Shown here: positions 1-10,381 of the stretch, piece after piece | Layout of the letters: each line of letters opens with the position of its first letter | Numbering within the stretch: the stretch's first letter is position 1 | Assembly: GCA_964352915.1 (NCBI GenBank) | Contig: CAYGTQ010000003.1 | Coordinates: 1-58,017 of the forward strand | DNA length: 58,017 bases | Source of the DNA: an uncultured Legionellales bacterium | GTDB lineage: Bacteria > Pseudomonadota > Gammaproteobacteria > PIVX01 | Direction of reading: 5' to 3' | Program-made: the position numbers and the translations under genes | The notes under the pieces: model-generated | What the model saw: the letters and a program-made list of their open reading frames with translations, nothing else | What the model was told of the DNA's origin: nothing | Database searches by the model: none

Positions 1-1
1 G

Positions 2-868
2 GAATTGAAATTTTTATCGAAAAAACACCACCAGCTTGAAGATGATCTACAAAACCATTACAAAACCCTGGGCGAACAAATCGCTGTAGCCTATTATTTA
101 CAACATGACAATCCTTTGCAATTACTGATCAACAATCAAGGCTTCATCAATCGTCAACGATTGTTGCATTATCATGATTACTTGTATGCAGCACGCCAGG
201 AACAAATTGAAAAAACCCAAAGTCTCGTTGATGCCTTGGCACAACAAACCATGAAAATGCAGTCGAAACGCAAAACTCTAAGTCAACTTCAAACAAAACA
301 AGCCAACATTCTGGTAGCACTTAAGCAAGAATCGAAACAACGCAGGCGCATTATACAGGATATTGAAAAAACCATTCAATCCAAAGATGAAAAGCTGGCC
401 ATACTTTTAGCAAATAAAAAACGTTTAGAGAAGTTACTACGCCAAATTCAAAAGAGCCGACAAGCCGCATTAAGTACTAAGCCTTTCAAGCTCATGCGTG
501 GCAAATTAAAACTGCCAAGCCATGGACGCATTACTCGACGCTTTGGTGATAAAAATGACGGTATCCTGTCTCAAGGCATGTTTATCAAAAATAACACCAA
601 TGCTCCCGTGTACGCTGTTCATGCGGGCAAAGTGATTTTTGCCGATTGGCTGCGAGGCTTCGGTTTATTGACCATTGTGGACCATGGGCAAGGTTATATG
701 TCACTTTATGCACATAACCAGAGCCTACATAAAGCCACCGGTGAACACGTGGCTGAACGCGAGCTGATTGCTTACTCAGGACAAAGCGGCGGGGCTTTGG
801 AAAACGGTCTATACTTTGAGATACGAAAAGACGGCAAACCCATTGACCCCAAACCCTGGTTATCTTAA
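2..868 (+). CDS. envC: Murein hydrolase activator EnvC-like / M23 (LytM) domain protein, 5' partial
   Basis: The frame is open from the window edge, and the TTG at 5 is probably internal. A long Q/K-rich coiled-coil region is followed by a C-terminal LytM-type domain (IVDHGQGYMSLYAHN, GLYFEIRKDGKPIDPKPWL). ctpA follows immediately (TAAATG junction). Confidence 0.8.
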   Translation, partial: ELKFLSKKHHQLEDDLQNHYKTLGEQIAVAYYLQHDNPLQLLINNQGFINRQRLLHYHDYLYAARQEQIEKTQSLVDALAQQTMKMQSKRKTLSQLQTKQANILVALKQESKQRRRIIQDIEKTIQSKDEKLAILLANKKRLEKLLRQIQKSRQAALSTKPFKLMRGKLKLPSHGRITRRFGDKNDGILSQGMFIKNNTNAPVYAVHAGKVIFADWLRGFGLLTIVDHGQGYMSLYAHNQSLHKATGEHVAERELIAYSGQSGGALENGLYFEIRKDGKPIDPKPWLS

Positions 869-2221
869 ATGAACAATCAACGCCATCAAAGGCTCGTGTG
901 CCTTACATCATCTGTACTATTATCGCTCACAAGCTTAACCGGCCATGCGGAAGCACAGGCCAAGGCTTCTTCACTACAGACTGAAAATCGCAACATACCC
1001 AGCGCTTTTTCACCGCAAGATGTGCAAAGATTTACAAATGCTATCAGCCAGGTCAAGCATTTTTATGTTAAAGACGTCAAAGACAAAGATATCTTTGAAG
1101 GAGCCATTGAAGGCATGCTGGAGTCACTTGATCCCCATTCTGCATTTTTAGATGAAGAGGATTTCAACGATCTAAAAACAAGCACGCAAGGAGAGTTTGG
1201 TGGTTTAGGTATTGAAGTGACTATGGAAAACAGTGCTATTCGTGTGATCGCCCCTATTGATGATACCCCTGCTAAAAAAGCAGGTGTACGCTCGGGCGAT
1301 TATATTATACGCATTGACAACAAACCAGTGAAAGGCTTGAAGCTTCGAGATGCTGTTAAGCGCATGCGTGGCAAGCAAGGTACCAAAACACAGCTGACCA
1401 TATTGCGCAAAGATACTGACAGACCTCTTAAAATCGCTATTGTGCGTGACATTATCCGGATTAAAAGCGTTAAAAGCGAACTCTTTGATGAGGAATTTGG
1501 TTATGTGCGAATCAGTAACTTCCAGGCCAACACAGCCAAAGATTTTCAAAAAGCCATCAAAGCATTTAAAAGCAAGAATAAGAAAAATATCAAAGGATTG
1601 CTGCTTGATCTGCGCGATAACCCAGGTGGATTATTGCAATCAGCCATAGAGATCTCTGACGCGTTAATTCACAATGATCAAAAAGGTGATGAAGAGCTTA
1701 TTGTCTACACCAAAGGCAAAAGCCAGCACTCCAATTATGAAGCCGTTGCTAACCCAGGTGATATACTTAAAGGCAAACCCATTGTTGTTCTTATCAATCA
1801 AGGCTCAGCATCAGCGTCTGAAATTGTAGCCGGAGCCCTGCAAGATAATCACCGTGCACTCATTGTCGGCAGCCAGACTTTTGGTAAAGGATCGGTGCAA
1901 ACCATATTGCCTCTGGATGACAAGCACGGCATTAAACTGACCACAGCATTTTATTACACCCCCAAAGGCAACTTAATTCAAGCCAAAGGGCTATCGCCCG
2001 ACATCAAACTTCCTGAAAACTGGGTGGCACAAAAGCCAACAGAAGACGAAAATCAGAGGATGAAAGAAGCTGATCTTGATGGCCACTTAGAAAATCATTT
2101 GGCCAGCCTTGAGGGCAAACAAGAAAACACCAACCAAGTGCCAGACAAGCTTAAAACCGATCATCAGCTAAGCCAGGCATTTAACATCCTCAAGGCTATG
2201 TCGTTGGTTAAAAATAGTTAG
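869..2221 (+). CDS. ctpA: Carboxy-terminal processing (tail-specific) protease, S41 family
   Basis: N-terminal signal peptide, a PDZ segment (GGLGIEV...AGVRSGDYII), and S41 motifs (DLRDNPGGLL, GSASASEIVAGAL, TFGKGSVQ). Confidence 0.93.
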   Translation: MNNQRHQRLVCLTSSVLLSLTSLTGHAEAQAKASSLQTENRNIPSAFSPQDVQRFTNAISQVKHFYVKDVKDKDIFEGAIEGMLESLDPHSAFLDEEDFNDLKTSTQGEFGGLGIEVTMENSAIRVIAPIDDTPAKKAGVRSGDYIIRIDNKPVKGLKLRDAVKRMRGKQGTKTQLTILRKDTDRPLKIAIVRDIIRIKSVKSELFDEEFGYVRISNFQANTAKDFQKAIKAFKSKNKKNIKGLLLDLRDNPGGLLQSAIEISDALIHNDQKGDEELIVYTKGKSQHSNYEAVANPGDILKGKPIVVLINQGSASASEIVAGALQDNHRALIVGSQTFGKGSVQTILPLDDKHGIKLTTAFYYTPKGNLIQAKGLSPDIKLPENWVAQKPTEDENQRMKEADLDGHLENHLASLEGKQENTNQVPDKLKTDHQLSQAFNILKAMSLVKNS

Positions 2222-2222
2222 C

Positions 2223-3017
2223 TTACACAGCAATAGCGCCTTTGATGGTCGGGTGGCAGTGATAACCTTCTATGACAATGTCCTCATAGCAGTAGTCTTC
2301 AATACGCTCAGGTCGACGCGTTAATCTCAATTGAGGCAATGGATAAGGCTCACGTGTCAGTTGCAACTCAACTTGCTCGATGTGGTTGTGATAAATGTGA
2401 CAATCTCCACCGGTCCAGACAAACTCACCTACCTGCATCCCACACTGATGAGCCACTAAGTGCGTCAACAATGCATAAGATGCTATGTTAAAAGGCAATC
2501 CTAAAAAACCATCCACTGAACGCTGGTAAAGATGGCAAGACAACACGCCGTTGACAACATAAAACTGAAACATCATGTGACATGGCGGCAAAGCCATATT
2601 GGGTAAATCAGCTACATTCCAGGCATTGACCAACAACCGCCTTGAATTCGGATCGCTTTTAATCGCTTGGATCACATTGTGCAGCTGATCGATGGCCTTG
2701 CCGTCATAACCCTGCCATGAGCGCCATTGCTTACCATACACGGGTCCTAGATTGCCATCTTCATCAGCCCATTCATTCCAAATTCTGACACCATGGTCAT
2801 TTAAATAGTTAATGTTGGTATCGCCTTTAAGAAACCATAATAATTCATGCACCACACTTTTAATATGCACTTTTTTGGTCGTCACCAAAGGAAACCCTTG
2901 TTGCAAGTCAAAGCGCATTTGATAACCAAAAGTGCTGAATACGCCTGTGCCTGTACGATCGGGTTTGTTATGGCCTTGCGCTAATATATGCTGAAGAAAC
3001 TGTAAGTAAATTTTCAT
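2223..3017 (-). CDS. thyA: Thymidylate synthase
   Basis: 264 aa with ThyA hallmarks along the whole length ([35 protein letters not shown]). Adjacent to lgt, as in enterobacteria. Confidence 0.97.
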   Translation of the reverse strand: MKIYLQFLQHILAQGHNKPDRTGTGVFSTFGYQMRFDLQQGFPLVTTKKVHIKSVVHELLWFLKGDTNINYLNDHGVRIWNEWADEDGNLGPVYGKQWRSWQGYDGKAIDQLHNVIQAIKSDPNSRRLLVNAWNVADLPNMALPPCHMMFQFYVVNGVLSCHLYQRSVDGFLGLPFNIASYALLTHLVAHQCGMQVGEFVWTGGDCHIYHNHIEQVELQLTREPYPLPQLRLTRRPERIEDYCYEDIVIEGYHCHPTIKGAIAV

Positions 3018-3027
3018 TCACTATCTC

Positions 3028-3813
3028 CTAAAGGTTCTTTGCCTGATGTGAATTCATACGGCTATACCACCATAAAACCATACCTGCGAACAACATAGGC
3101 AGCGATAACAGCTGTCCCATGGTCAACCAATCTTGAAAGATAAATCCTATATGGCGATCAGGCTCACGAAAACACTCTGCTATCAAACGTGCTGTACTGT
3201 AACCTATTAAAAACAAAGCACTCACAGCCCATGGGGCTCTAGGTTTTCTTGAATAACACCAAAGAACGGTGAAAAGAACAATGCCTTCCAGGGCGCTCTC
3301 ATAAAGTTGAGAAGGATGGCGTGCTACATCACTCCAAGTGTACAACACCCCCCAAGGCATGTCGGTAGGACGCCCCCACAGCTCACCATTGATAAAATTT
3401 CCTATACGCCCAAAAGCCAAAGCGATGGGCACCATTGGCAGAAAAAAATCTGCTACTTCCACCAAACGCTTGTTCCACTTATGAGCAAAAGCCATAAAAG
3501 CTAAGGCTCCTCCCACAAAGCCTCCATGAAAGGACATACCACCTTCCCATAAGTACAGCCATGCCATAAGGCTTATATCCTCTGTATAAAACAACATATA
3601 GCCTACACGACCGCCGATGACAGCACCCAGCAACCCCCAAAGTAACATATCTTGTATATGCTCCTCATGCCAACCCGACACACATTTGATACGAAGACTT
3701 GCTAAAAACCAAATAGAGCCAAGCCCCACCACATACATCAAACCATACCAACGAAGTGCCAAAGGCCCATAAATCGGTAAAATGACTGGATCGATAGAAG
3801 GCATCACCCACAC
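3028..3813 (-). CDS. lgt: Prolipoprotein diacylglyceryl transferase
   Basis: Polytopic membrane protein carrying the Lgt signature GRIGNFINGELWGRP. The start is either the GTG at 3813 or the ATG at 3804. Confidence 0.95.
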   Translation of the reverse strand: MWVMPSIDPVILPIYGPLALRWYGLMYVVGLGSIWFLASLRIKCVSGWHEEHIQDMLLWGLLGAVIGGRVGYMLFYTEDISLMAWLYLWEGGMSFHGGFVGGALAFMAFAHKWNKRLVEVADFFLPMVPIALAFGRIGNFINGELWGRPTDMPWGVLYTWSDVARHPSQLYESALEGIVLFTVLWCYSRKPRAPWAVSALFLIGYSTARLIAECFREPDRHIGFIFQDWLTMGQLLSLPMLFAGMVLWWYSRMNSHQAKNL

Positions 3814-3814
3814 A

Positions 3815-4612
3815 TCATTCTCCTAAACATTGATTAAGCATACTACAAGCCATCAACAACAGTATGATCGCAAACAAACGACGATGCCAAAGTACTGGCA
3901 AGTATGAAGATATACGTCCCCCAATCCAAGCTCCAAGCATACCTGGCACACCAGCTACCAGCAATGCTGGCCAATACACATAACCCAAAGTGTAAGCAAC
4001 GGATACCCCTTGATAACTGCCCCACAACATGTACAAAAGACCACTTAAACCTGCTATCACCGTCGTCAAGCGTGTGCAAAACCCAACAGCCGCATGCACG
4101 GACACACCAATACTCAACAAATAAGGCATCAATAACAAGCTACCACCAATGCCAAGGATGCTGGTACACACTCCAATCACCACACCACGAAAGATCACTG
4201 AAAGCTTATGAATGACAACCTGAGAGGTGTTGACAGAATCTCGAAACAAAACCCGCCACCCTATCCACAACAACGCCACTGAAAATAACGCGCGCACCAA
4301 AACAGTTGGCAGATAAGGCACCATCAACACACTAAACGTCATGCCAACGATAATAGACGATACCAGATAATAAGGATGAAATTTATGTTTTTTTTGAGTA
4401 TGCTTAGCATGATACCAAGCTGACATCATATTCACGACGGCGACCACTGACAACGATGTGGCTACAGCAAAAATCATACTGGGCGAAATGTCTGCCTTTT
4501 GAAAAAAATAATCAAAACCAGGCACTAGAATTATACCACCACCGATCCCAAAGCAACCTGATACAACGCCCGCAACCAGCCCCAACCCTGCCAACCATAA
4601 ATCACCTGACAT
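3815..4612 (-). CDS. TauE/SafE (YfcA-like) family anion exporter
   Basis: 265 aa, very hydrophobic. The two halves each show a Gly-rich G(I/L)GGG motif (FGIGGGIILVP and ILGIGGSLLLMP), typical of the TauE/SafE family. Confidence 0.8.
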   Translation of the reverse strand: MSGDLWLAGLGLVAGVVSGCFGIGGGIILVPGFDYFFQKADISPSMIFAVATSLSVVAVVNMMSAWYHAKHTQKKHKFHPYYLVSSIIVGMTFSVLMVPYLPTVLVRALFSVALLWIGWRVLFRDSVNTSQVVIHKLSVIFRGVVIGVCTSILGIGGSLLLMPYLLSIGVSVHAAVGFCTRLTTVIAGLSGLLYMLWGSYQGVSVAYTLGYVYWPALLVAGVPGMLGAWIGGRISSYLPVLWHRRLFAIILLLMACSMLNQCLGE

Positions 4613-4621
4613 ACACGCTCA

Positions 4622-6904
4622 CTAATGCTTACCTGCTCGGATCAAACCACCCAGACCTGACTCTTCAATCACTTTTTCCATATGCAGTCGAATGATGGTG
4701 GAATTATCCATTTGTAATACTTCATTCAATACTTTTCTGGCTGAAGCCATGGATACATTTCTAACCACCCATTTAACCCGCAATAAGCTGGTAGAGTTCA
4801 TGCTCAACATATCGTAACCCATAGCCAACAATAAGATCACAGCAGCAGGATCGCTGGCTAGTTCACCACAAATACTGACCGTTTTACCAAGCTGATGCAC
4901 CGACTCTGCAATCTGCATCAATGATCGAATCACTGCAGGATGAAAACCATCATACAGTGAAGCCACTCTTATGTTGTTGCGATCAACCGCTAACAAATAC
5001 TGTATCAAGTCATTGCTGCCCACCGAAATAAAGTCTACACGCCTTGCCAATTCTTTAGCTAAATATACAGCTGATGGCACTTCTATCATCACCCCGATCG
5101 GGGGTAGAGAAACCTCCAACCCCTCATCCAGCAGTTCCTGATAGGCTTGTTGAATGTGACGCAAAGACTCATCCACTTCATTCACATTACTGACCATAGG
5201 TAATAAAATTTGTAAATTCCCAGTATCACTATTAGCCATCAACATTGCTCGTAACTGGATTAGAAATACATCGGGATGATCCAGTGTCACTCGAATACCG
5301 CGCCACCCTAAAAATGGGTTGATTTCATCGATAGGAAAATAAGGCAAAGACTTATCTCCACCAATATCTAAAGTACGCATGGTCACTGGACGTGGAGCAA
5401 AAGCTTGCAGCAGCTGACGGTAAATGACACATTGTTCTTGCTCAGCTGGAAACCTATCTCGTATCATGAAAGGAACTTCGCTACGGTACAGCCCAATACC
5501 CTCTGCACCCACACTTAAAGACAAACCAGCGTCTGTAGCCAAACCGACGTTAACACACAATTTAACCTTATGCCCATCAGGTGTTTCTGCTGGCTCGCTG
5601 CGCAATTTAGCCAAAGAATCATTGAGCTCAATTTCTTCATGCAAAAGTCCCTGGTATTCATCATATACATCTTGGCTTGGATTCACATGCATCTGACCAA
5701 TATAGCCATCTACGATCAACTGCTTTTGTGCCAAATGGCCAAGCTGTACACCTTTGACACCCATCACCGATGGCACACCCAAAGCACGTGCTAAAATGGC
5801 CACATGTGAGTTACTGGAACCTCGAATGGATACCATCCCCGACAAACGGCCCTCCGGCACTTCTGCCAAATCAGATGCAGTCAATTCCTCACCTATGAGA
5901 ATGGTTTTTTCTGGATAGTCGATGACTTTAGGCTGATTTGCTTGCAAGCGAGCCAATAAGCGTTGGCCCAAATCATAGAAGTCCACAGCTCGCTCACGCA
6001 AATAATGATCTTCCATGGCTTTGAACTGATCCATATAGTGATAAATTGCTTTGCGCAAGGCCCCTTGGCACCCAAACCCTGCAGCAATGTGTTGATGCAC
6101 TTCATTGGTTAAGCTCCTGCTATTGAGGATCTGCAGGTAAACCCCAAAAATTGTCAATTCAGATGCAGGTAATGTTGCATGCAATCGGTCGCTGAGCTCT
6201 TGAATATCTGATTGCACGGCTTGAAGTGCCTGGTTAAATAGTTCTTGCTCAGCTCCCACCTGATCTGGACTGATACGACGATCAGACACACTGGTCAAGT
6301 CAGCTCGCGGGTAAACCACCACCCCTTGCCCAATCCCAATGCCCATCATACAAGCTTGCCCTGTATAAATTTGGTTGCTGCTGTCAACTGGCACCGACTG
6401 ATACAGCAAATCCGCCAATGCACCGGTGGACTCTGCCTGTGCAATCACACCCGCCAGCTGAGCGGCAATGGTCACCATAAAAGCTTCTTCAGACTCATCA
6501 AAATAGCGCTGATCTTCTTGCTGCACCGTCAGCACACCCAAAAGCCTTCTTTGCTGAATAATAGGAACACCCAAAAAAGAAGCGTAGGCGTCTTCGCCAG
6601 CATCCGGATGATATAAAAAATCCGGATGTGAAGATGCATCTGCCAGATTAATGGGCTCTTCACGACGCCCAACCAGGCCCACCAAGGCTTGCCCCAAGGG
6701 AATACGCACACGTCCAGCCACCATCGGGTTCAGCCCTTCTGTTGCCATGAGCACATACTCTTTATGTTGGTGATCAATTAAGTAAATGGTGCAAGCTTTG
6801 GTGTCAAGCGCTTCACGCACACACTTCACCATAATCCTTAGTGATTCAGGTAACGAATGTGCTGCATTGACCGATTGGACAATGCGTTTTAGCGTATTGA
6901 GCAT
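4622..6904 (-). CDS. ptsP: Phosphoenolpyruvate-protein phosphotransferase PtsP (EI-Ntr, with N-terminal GAF domain)
   Basis: 760 aa. An N-terminal GAF-like region is followed by Enzyme I motifs (GSSNSHVAILARALGVPSVMG phospho-His region; GSNDLIQYLLAVDR). The rppH-ptsP pairing is conserved. Confidence 0.95.
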   Translation of the reverse strand: MLNTLKRIVQSVNAAHSLPESLRIMVKCVREALDTKACTIYLIDHQHKEYVLMATEGLNPMVAGRVRIPLGQALVGLVGRREEPINLADASSHPDFLYHPDAGEDAYASFLGVPIIQQRRLLGVLTVQQEDQRYFDESEEAFMVTIAAQLAGVIAQAESTGALADLLYQSVPVDSSNQIYTGQACMMGIGIGQGVVVYPRADLTSVSDRRISPDQVGAEQELFNQALQAVQSDIQELSDRLHATLPASELTIFGVYLQILNSRSLTNEVHQHIAAGFGCQGALRKAIYHYMDQFKAMEDHYLRERAVDFYDLGQRLLARLQANQPKVIDYPEKTILIGEELTASDLAEVPEGRLSGMVSIRGSSNSHVAILARALGVPSVMGVKGVQLGHLAQKQLIVDGYIGQMHVNPSQDVYDEYQGLLHEEIELNDSLAKLRSEPAETPDGHKVKLCVNVGLATDAGLSLSVGAEGIGLYRSEVPFMIRDRFPAEQEQCVIYRQLLQAFAPRPVTMRTLDIGGDKSLPYFPIDEINPFLGWRGIRVTLDHPDVFLIQLRAMLMANSDTGNLQILLPMVSNVNEVDESLRHIQQAYQELLDEGLEVSLPPIGVMIEVPSAVYLAKELARRVDFISVGSNDLIQYLLAVDRNNIRVASLYDGFHPAVIRSLMQIAESVHQLGKTVSICGELASDPAAVILLLAMGYDMLSMNSTSLLRVKWVVRNVSMASARKVLNEVLQMDNSTIIRLHMEKVIEESGLGGLIRAGKH

Positions 6905-6938
6905 AAATCACTCACTTATCAGCGCCGAGCAAAGGCAT

Positions 6939-7418
6939 TTAAGATGGCAGCAAAATTGGCTCAAACTCTGTTAAAACTGCTTGATAAACATCTCGTTTGA
7001 AATATATAACTTCTTCCAAAGGATGCCAGTAATCAACCCAACGCCAATCATCAAACTCTGGTGTAACCGTCGTACTGAGATTAATGCGCGAAGGCTCTGC
7101 CTTCAGTTTAAGTAAAAACCACTTCTGCTTCTGTCCAATGATGCGTTCAGACGCTCGTTGACGAATAAATTGTGGCGGTAATTCGTAGTGCAACCATGAT
7201 TGAGTTTCTGCTAAAATCTCAACATCGTCAGCAGTCAGTCCCACTTCTTCAAATAATTCCCGAAACAAAGCTTGGCTCGGCGACTCTCCTTCAGCCAAGC
7301 CACCCTGTGGAAATTGCCACGCGTCACGTCCAATACAGCGCGCCCACAAAAGCTTAGCATCCTCACTGGCCAAGACCATACCGATGTTTAAGCGGTAGCC
7401 AGCTTCATCTACTTGCAT
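6939..7418 (-). CDS. rppH: RNA pyrophosphohydrolase (Nudix)
   Basis: Nudix box GGLAEGESPSQALFRELFEEVGL and an RppH-like N-terminus (MQVDEAGYRLNIGMVL). I place the start at the ATG at 7418 rather than the longer ORF start at 7469. Confidence 0.93.
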   Translation of the reverse strand: MQVDEAGYRLNIGMVLASEDAKLLWARCIGRDAWQFPQGGLAEGESPSQALFRELFEEVGLTADDVEILAETQSWLHYELPPQFIRQRASERIIGQKQKWFLLKLKAEPSRINLSTTVTPEFDDWRWVDYWHPLEEVIYFKRDVYQAVLTEFEPILLPS

Positions 7419-7499
7419 AAATTCCCTTATATGTGCGCTAATGACGTATTTTCCCATGAAAAGTCCCATAGGAGCAAATGTTCTTTTTTAACCTTAGAG

Positions 7500-8031
7500 A
7501 ATATATATTTACTAAACTGACTTAATTAAAGACTTTTCAGGCTCTGATAAATCATTTTGGCACACATCAATTCTTCCTTACACCCCAGATCTACGCTGTA
7601 AATACCAGGCATATAAGCCCTGTTATAGAACAGTGATAGGCAGTGGGTAAATTATGGCGGTTCAGCCAACCAGCTTTCTCGACTTGATTCATCAACAAGC
7701 TCAATGCCGCTGGAACCCGTTAGAATAAACTGCCTTTTTTGTTGCCGATCGTTATCACCCACACTTCTTAAAATATTAAACAGATCTGGATAAATTTGCA
7801 CTTCATCAAAAATCACTTTCGATGAATGTTGTGCCATAAAAAAGCCTGGACTTGGATGCGATTAAAATCACGAGGCCTCTCCAAATCCATGTACAACCAA
7901 TCAGACCTGCGCATTTTAGCTGAAGTGGTCTTACCTCTTTGCCTCGAGCCAACAACGGCTGCCACTGGAAACAAAAACCAGCAATCCTTTTATTTTGTCG
8001 GAGAGATTTCTCTTATGATACATTGATATGT
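7500..8031 (-). pseudogene. Decayed, truncated AAA+ ATPase gene (DUF4143-type family)
   Basis: On the minus strand, an ATG at 8031 opens a leader that runs into a Walker A segment in another frame (VVGSRQRGKTTSAK, then YMDLERPRDF). A Walker B region lies in a third frame (ORF 7652-7837: VIFDEVQIYPDLF...FILTGSS...ES.LA). The frameshifts and missing C-terminal half indicate a remnant. The 5' (lower-coordinate) limit is approximate. Confidence 0.7.
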
Positions 8032-8206
8032 AAATAGCGTTCGTATCGTACGAATTTTACATATATTTTATCGATTGAAAGGACATGATGTCATCAAAAA
8101 ACACCTCCCTGAATTTACTATATTATACACAAAAATCATTTTTGAGCTGACGAAACAGCCATGTTAAGTTAAGCTTTCAGCTATTTGACTGGAAGGAGTT
8201 CTTATT

Positions 8207-8902
8207 ATGAAGCCTGTCAACGTTGTGATCAGTGGTGCTGCTGGCAAAATGGGACGCGTGTCGGTTGACGCTGTCCAAGCAGAGCATCGCTTTGAGCTCA
8301 TAGGCGTTTGTCACACCACCAGCGAGTTGGCTGAAAAGCTAGCTCACCCCGGCATTGACGTTGTGATCGACTTCACCAGGCCTGAAGTGGTGAAACAGCA
8401 CACACAACTGATCATCGATGCCGGGCACCACCCAGTCATCGGCACCACAGGTTTGACGTCTGAAGATATTCACGAATTCCAAAAGCAATGCCAAGCATTA
8501 AATTTAGGAGGAGCTATTGTGCCTAATTTCTCTATCGGTGCAGCTCTTGTTGGTAAAATGGCGAAGCTTGCTTGCCAGCACTTAAAGCAGGTAGAAATCA
8601 TTGAATACCACCACGAGCAAAAAATCGATAAACCTTCTGGCACATCTTTACACCTAGCTCATACCCTGCAAGAAAGCATGGGCTCATTGAACGATATTCC
8701 AATCCACGCCATACGTCTACCAGGTTACTTAGCTCACCAAGAGGTTCTGTGGGGAGGTATGAGTGAAACCCTATCTTTGCGCCATGATACCCAAGATCGC
8801 AAATGTTTTATGCCTGGCCTTTTAAAAACCACTGAGGCTGTTTGCAAAATGAATACTTTGGTTTGGGGCATGGAAGATATTTTATGGCCTGAGCAAAACT
8901 AA
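8207..8902 (+). CDS. dapB: 4-hydroxy-tetrahydrodipicolinate reductase
   Basis: N-terminal Rossmann motif VVISGAAGKMGR, an IGTTG segment, and the DapB signature EYHHEQKIDKPSGT. An RBS (GGAAGGAG) lies upstream of the ATG. Confidence 0.93.
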   Translation: MKPVNVVISGAAGKMGRVSVDAVQAEHRFELIGVCHTTSELAEKLAHPGIDVVIDFTRPEVVKQHTQLIIDAGHHPVIGTTGLTSEDIHEFQKQCQALNLGGAIVPNFSIGAALVGKMAKLACQHLKQVEIIEYHHEQKIDKPSGTSLHLAHTLQESMGSLNDIPIHAIRLPGYLAHQEVLWGGMSETLSLRHDTQDRKCFMPGLLKTTEAVCKMNTLVWGMEDILWPEQN

Positions 8903-9159
8903 TGCACAGTGGCGCCGCAAGTTAACCAATGACTGACTACTTTGTTTGTGATATCTTCACTTAACTTGTGCCCATAGCGAAAACGATAACGATGACGCAG
9001 TTCATGCAACCATTCAGGCGCATCGGCAGCAATTTGTACGCGATCACCTGCGATGTATTCATACAACACCAGCTCCTGCCCATCATTGAGATCAATATAC
9101 TTCTCAATCAGGCTTTGCGCCAATGCCAAATCATCTGTTTTTGTGCCCCAATCAGACAT
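8899..9159 (-). CDS. Small hypothetical protein (86 aa), function unknown
   Basis: Clean ORF with an ATG start and ordinary composition. It is convergent with dapB, and the 3' ends overlap by 4 nt. I recognise no motif. Confidence 0.45.
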   Translation of the reverse strand: MSDWGTKTDDLALAQSLIEKYIDLNDGQELVLYEYIAGDRVQIAADAPEWLHELRHRYRFRYGHKLSEDITNKVVSHWLTCGATVH

Positions 9160-9505
9160 TATGGCCTCCCCAAAGTGCTCTGTCTCAATATATAGTGCCC
9201 TTGCTACTCATTTCAAGTCATGAACCAAATTTTTTCTTCTACCTGGCGAGCTCTTATGAGGTATGACCTAAATGTTGCTTGCTTGTACGATCTTCTCAGT
9301 TCAAAAAATTTGATAAATTAAAGAGCCTTAATAAAGACCTAATTATACTATATAAGAACTTAACGGCTTGATTTTAAGTATTTTTTTATTACATTATAAT
9401 TTATAATAAAACTATGTATACATTTATTGTTCTTAATGTGTATAATATGTATTAAATGCATGCTAAATATCGCATGTGGCTTTATTAATTTCTTCGAGGT
9501 TTTAT

Positions 9506-10345
9506 ATGGTTCAATATTACCGATGTATTGGCTGGAGCATACTTTGCACGCTGTTGATGCTGCCTACAGATGCGTTGTTCGCTGACTCACCTGTCAAAAA
9601 AACAAGCGCTGCTGCATCCAGCCAGGATCCCTACACAACACCACCACGACGAAACCCAGATCGCGCTAACCGTAAGCTATTTTATACGCCTGAAACACGC
9701 AGCCTTACGCCTTCTCCAGCTCGCTCTGACTATGCTGACGATCTACCCATGTTCGGACTTACTTTTGCGGAGTTTCTAAGCAGCCAAAATGATCAAACCT
9801 ATCAAAGATATAAGCAAAACAACAACTCCAAAAAAGCTAAAGCCTGGCGCAGGCAGCAACGTGAAGATTACATCATCGAAAGGCTGTACGAACTTGAACA
9901 TTATCCTAACCTCCACCAGGTGTGCCAAAGCTTCAAACGCAACGCTGATGTGGAAGCTCTAGCAACCGATTTGCATATCAGGGCAAGCCACGCCTATCCA
10001 CAAGAAGATTTCCCCAACACACCTTTTTCAACCATTGGTACCCATCGGCACTATTTTTGTGAACGCTATATGAAAGCCATCAAGGCTTATTGCGTTAAAT
10101 TTTTGCAAGATAGCGTCAAGAAGACTTTATGGCCTGCCCTGCGCATTGAAGTGGCTTACCTCAATGGCGAAGAAGTGCCTGTTGGCACCCAAGGCTCGGT
10201 GCAACCAGACATTTTTGTTACAAGTGGAAGAGCTTTTGATCATAAATTTGGTGGAGCTCACATAGCAAGAAAAGACAAGAAGCTCTGGCGGCAGCACGTG
10301 CCCGGATACACATCATCCGTTGCTATTCATGATGAAGGGTATTAA
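9506..10345 (+). CDS. Exported hypothetical protein, paralog A, with a PD-(D/E)xK-like C-terminal motif
   Basis: ATG at 9506 with GAGG 7 nt upstream. Signal peptide MVQYYRCIGWSILCTLLMLPTDALFA, then a Pro/Ser-rich linker. The conserved C-terminal domain is shared with ORF 11104-11946 (FPNTP.S..GTHRH.FCE.YMKAIK; GSVQPD-x10-FDHK at 10193-10246). Confidence 0.75.
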   Translation: MVQYYRCIGWSILCTLLMLPTDALFADSPVKKTSAAASSQDPYTTPPRRNPDRANRKLFYTPETRSLTPSPARSDYADDLPMFGLTFAEFLSSQNDQTYQRYKQNNNSKKAKAWRRQQREDYIIERLYELEHYPNLHQVCQSFKRNADVEALATDLHIRASHAYPQEDFPNTPFSTIGTHRHYFCERYMKAIKAYCVKFLQDSVKKTLWPALRIEVAYLNGEEVPVGTQGSVQPDIFVTSGRAFDHKFGGAHIARKDKKLWRQHVPGYTSSVAIHDEGY

Positions 10346-10381
10346 AGTAGCCCGCATACATGAGAACTTTAAGGGCATGAT

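Noticed and set aside
9430-9450. Perfect TATAAT (in TGTGTATAATATG) upstream of paralog A, as a possible promoter.
   Set aside because: The surrounding DNA is so AT-rich that -10-like hexamers are expected by chance, and there is no good -35 element at 16-18 nt.
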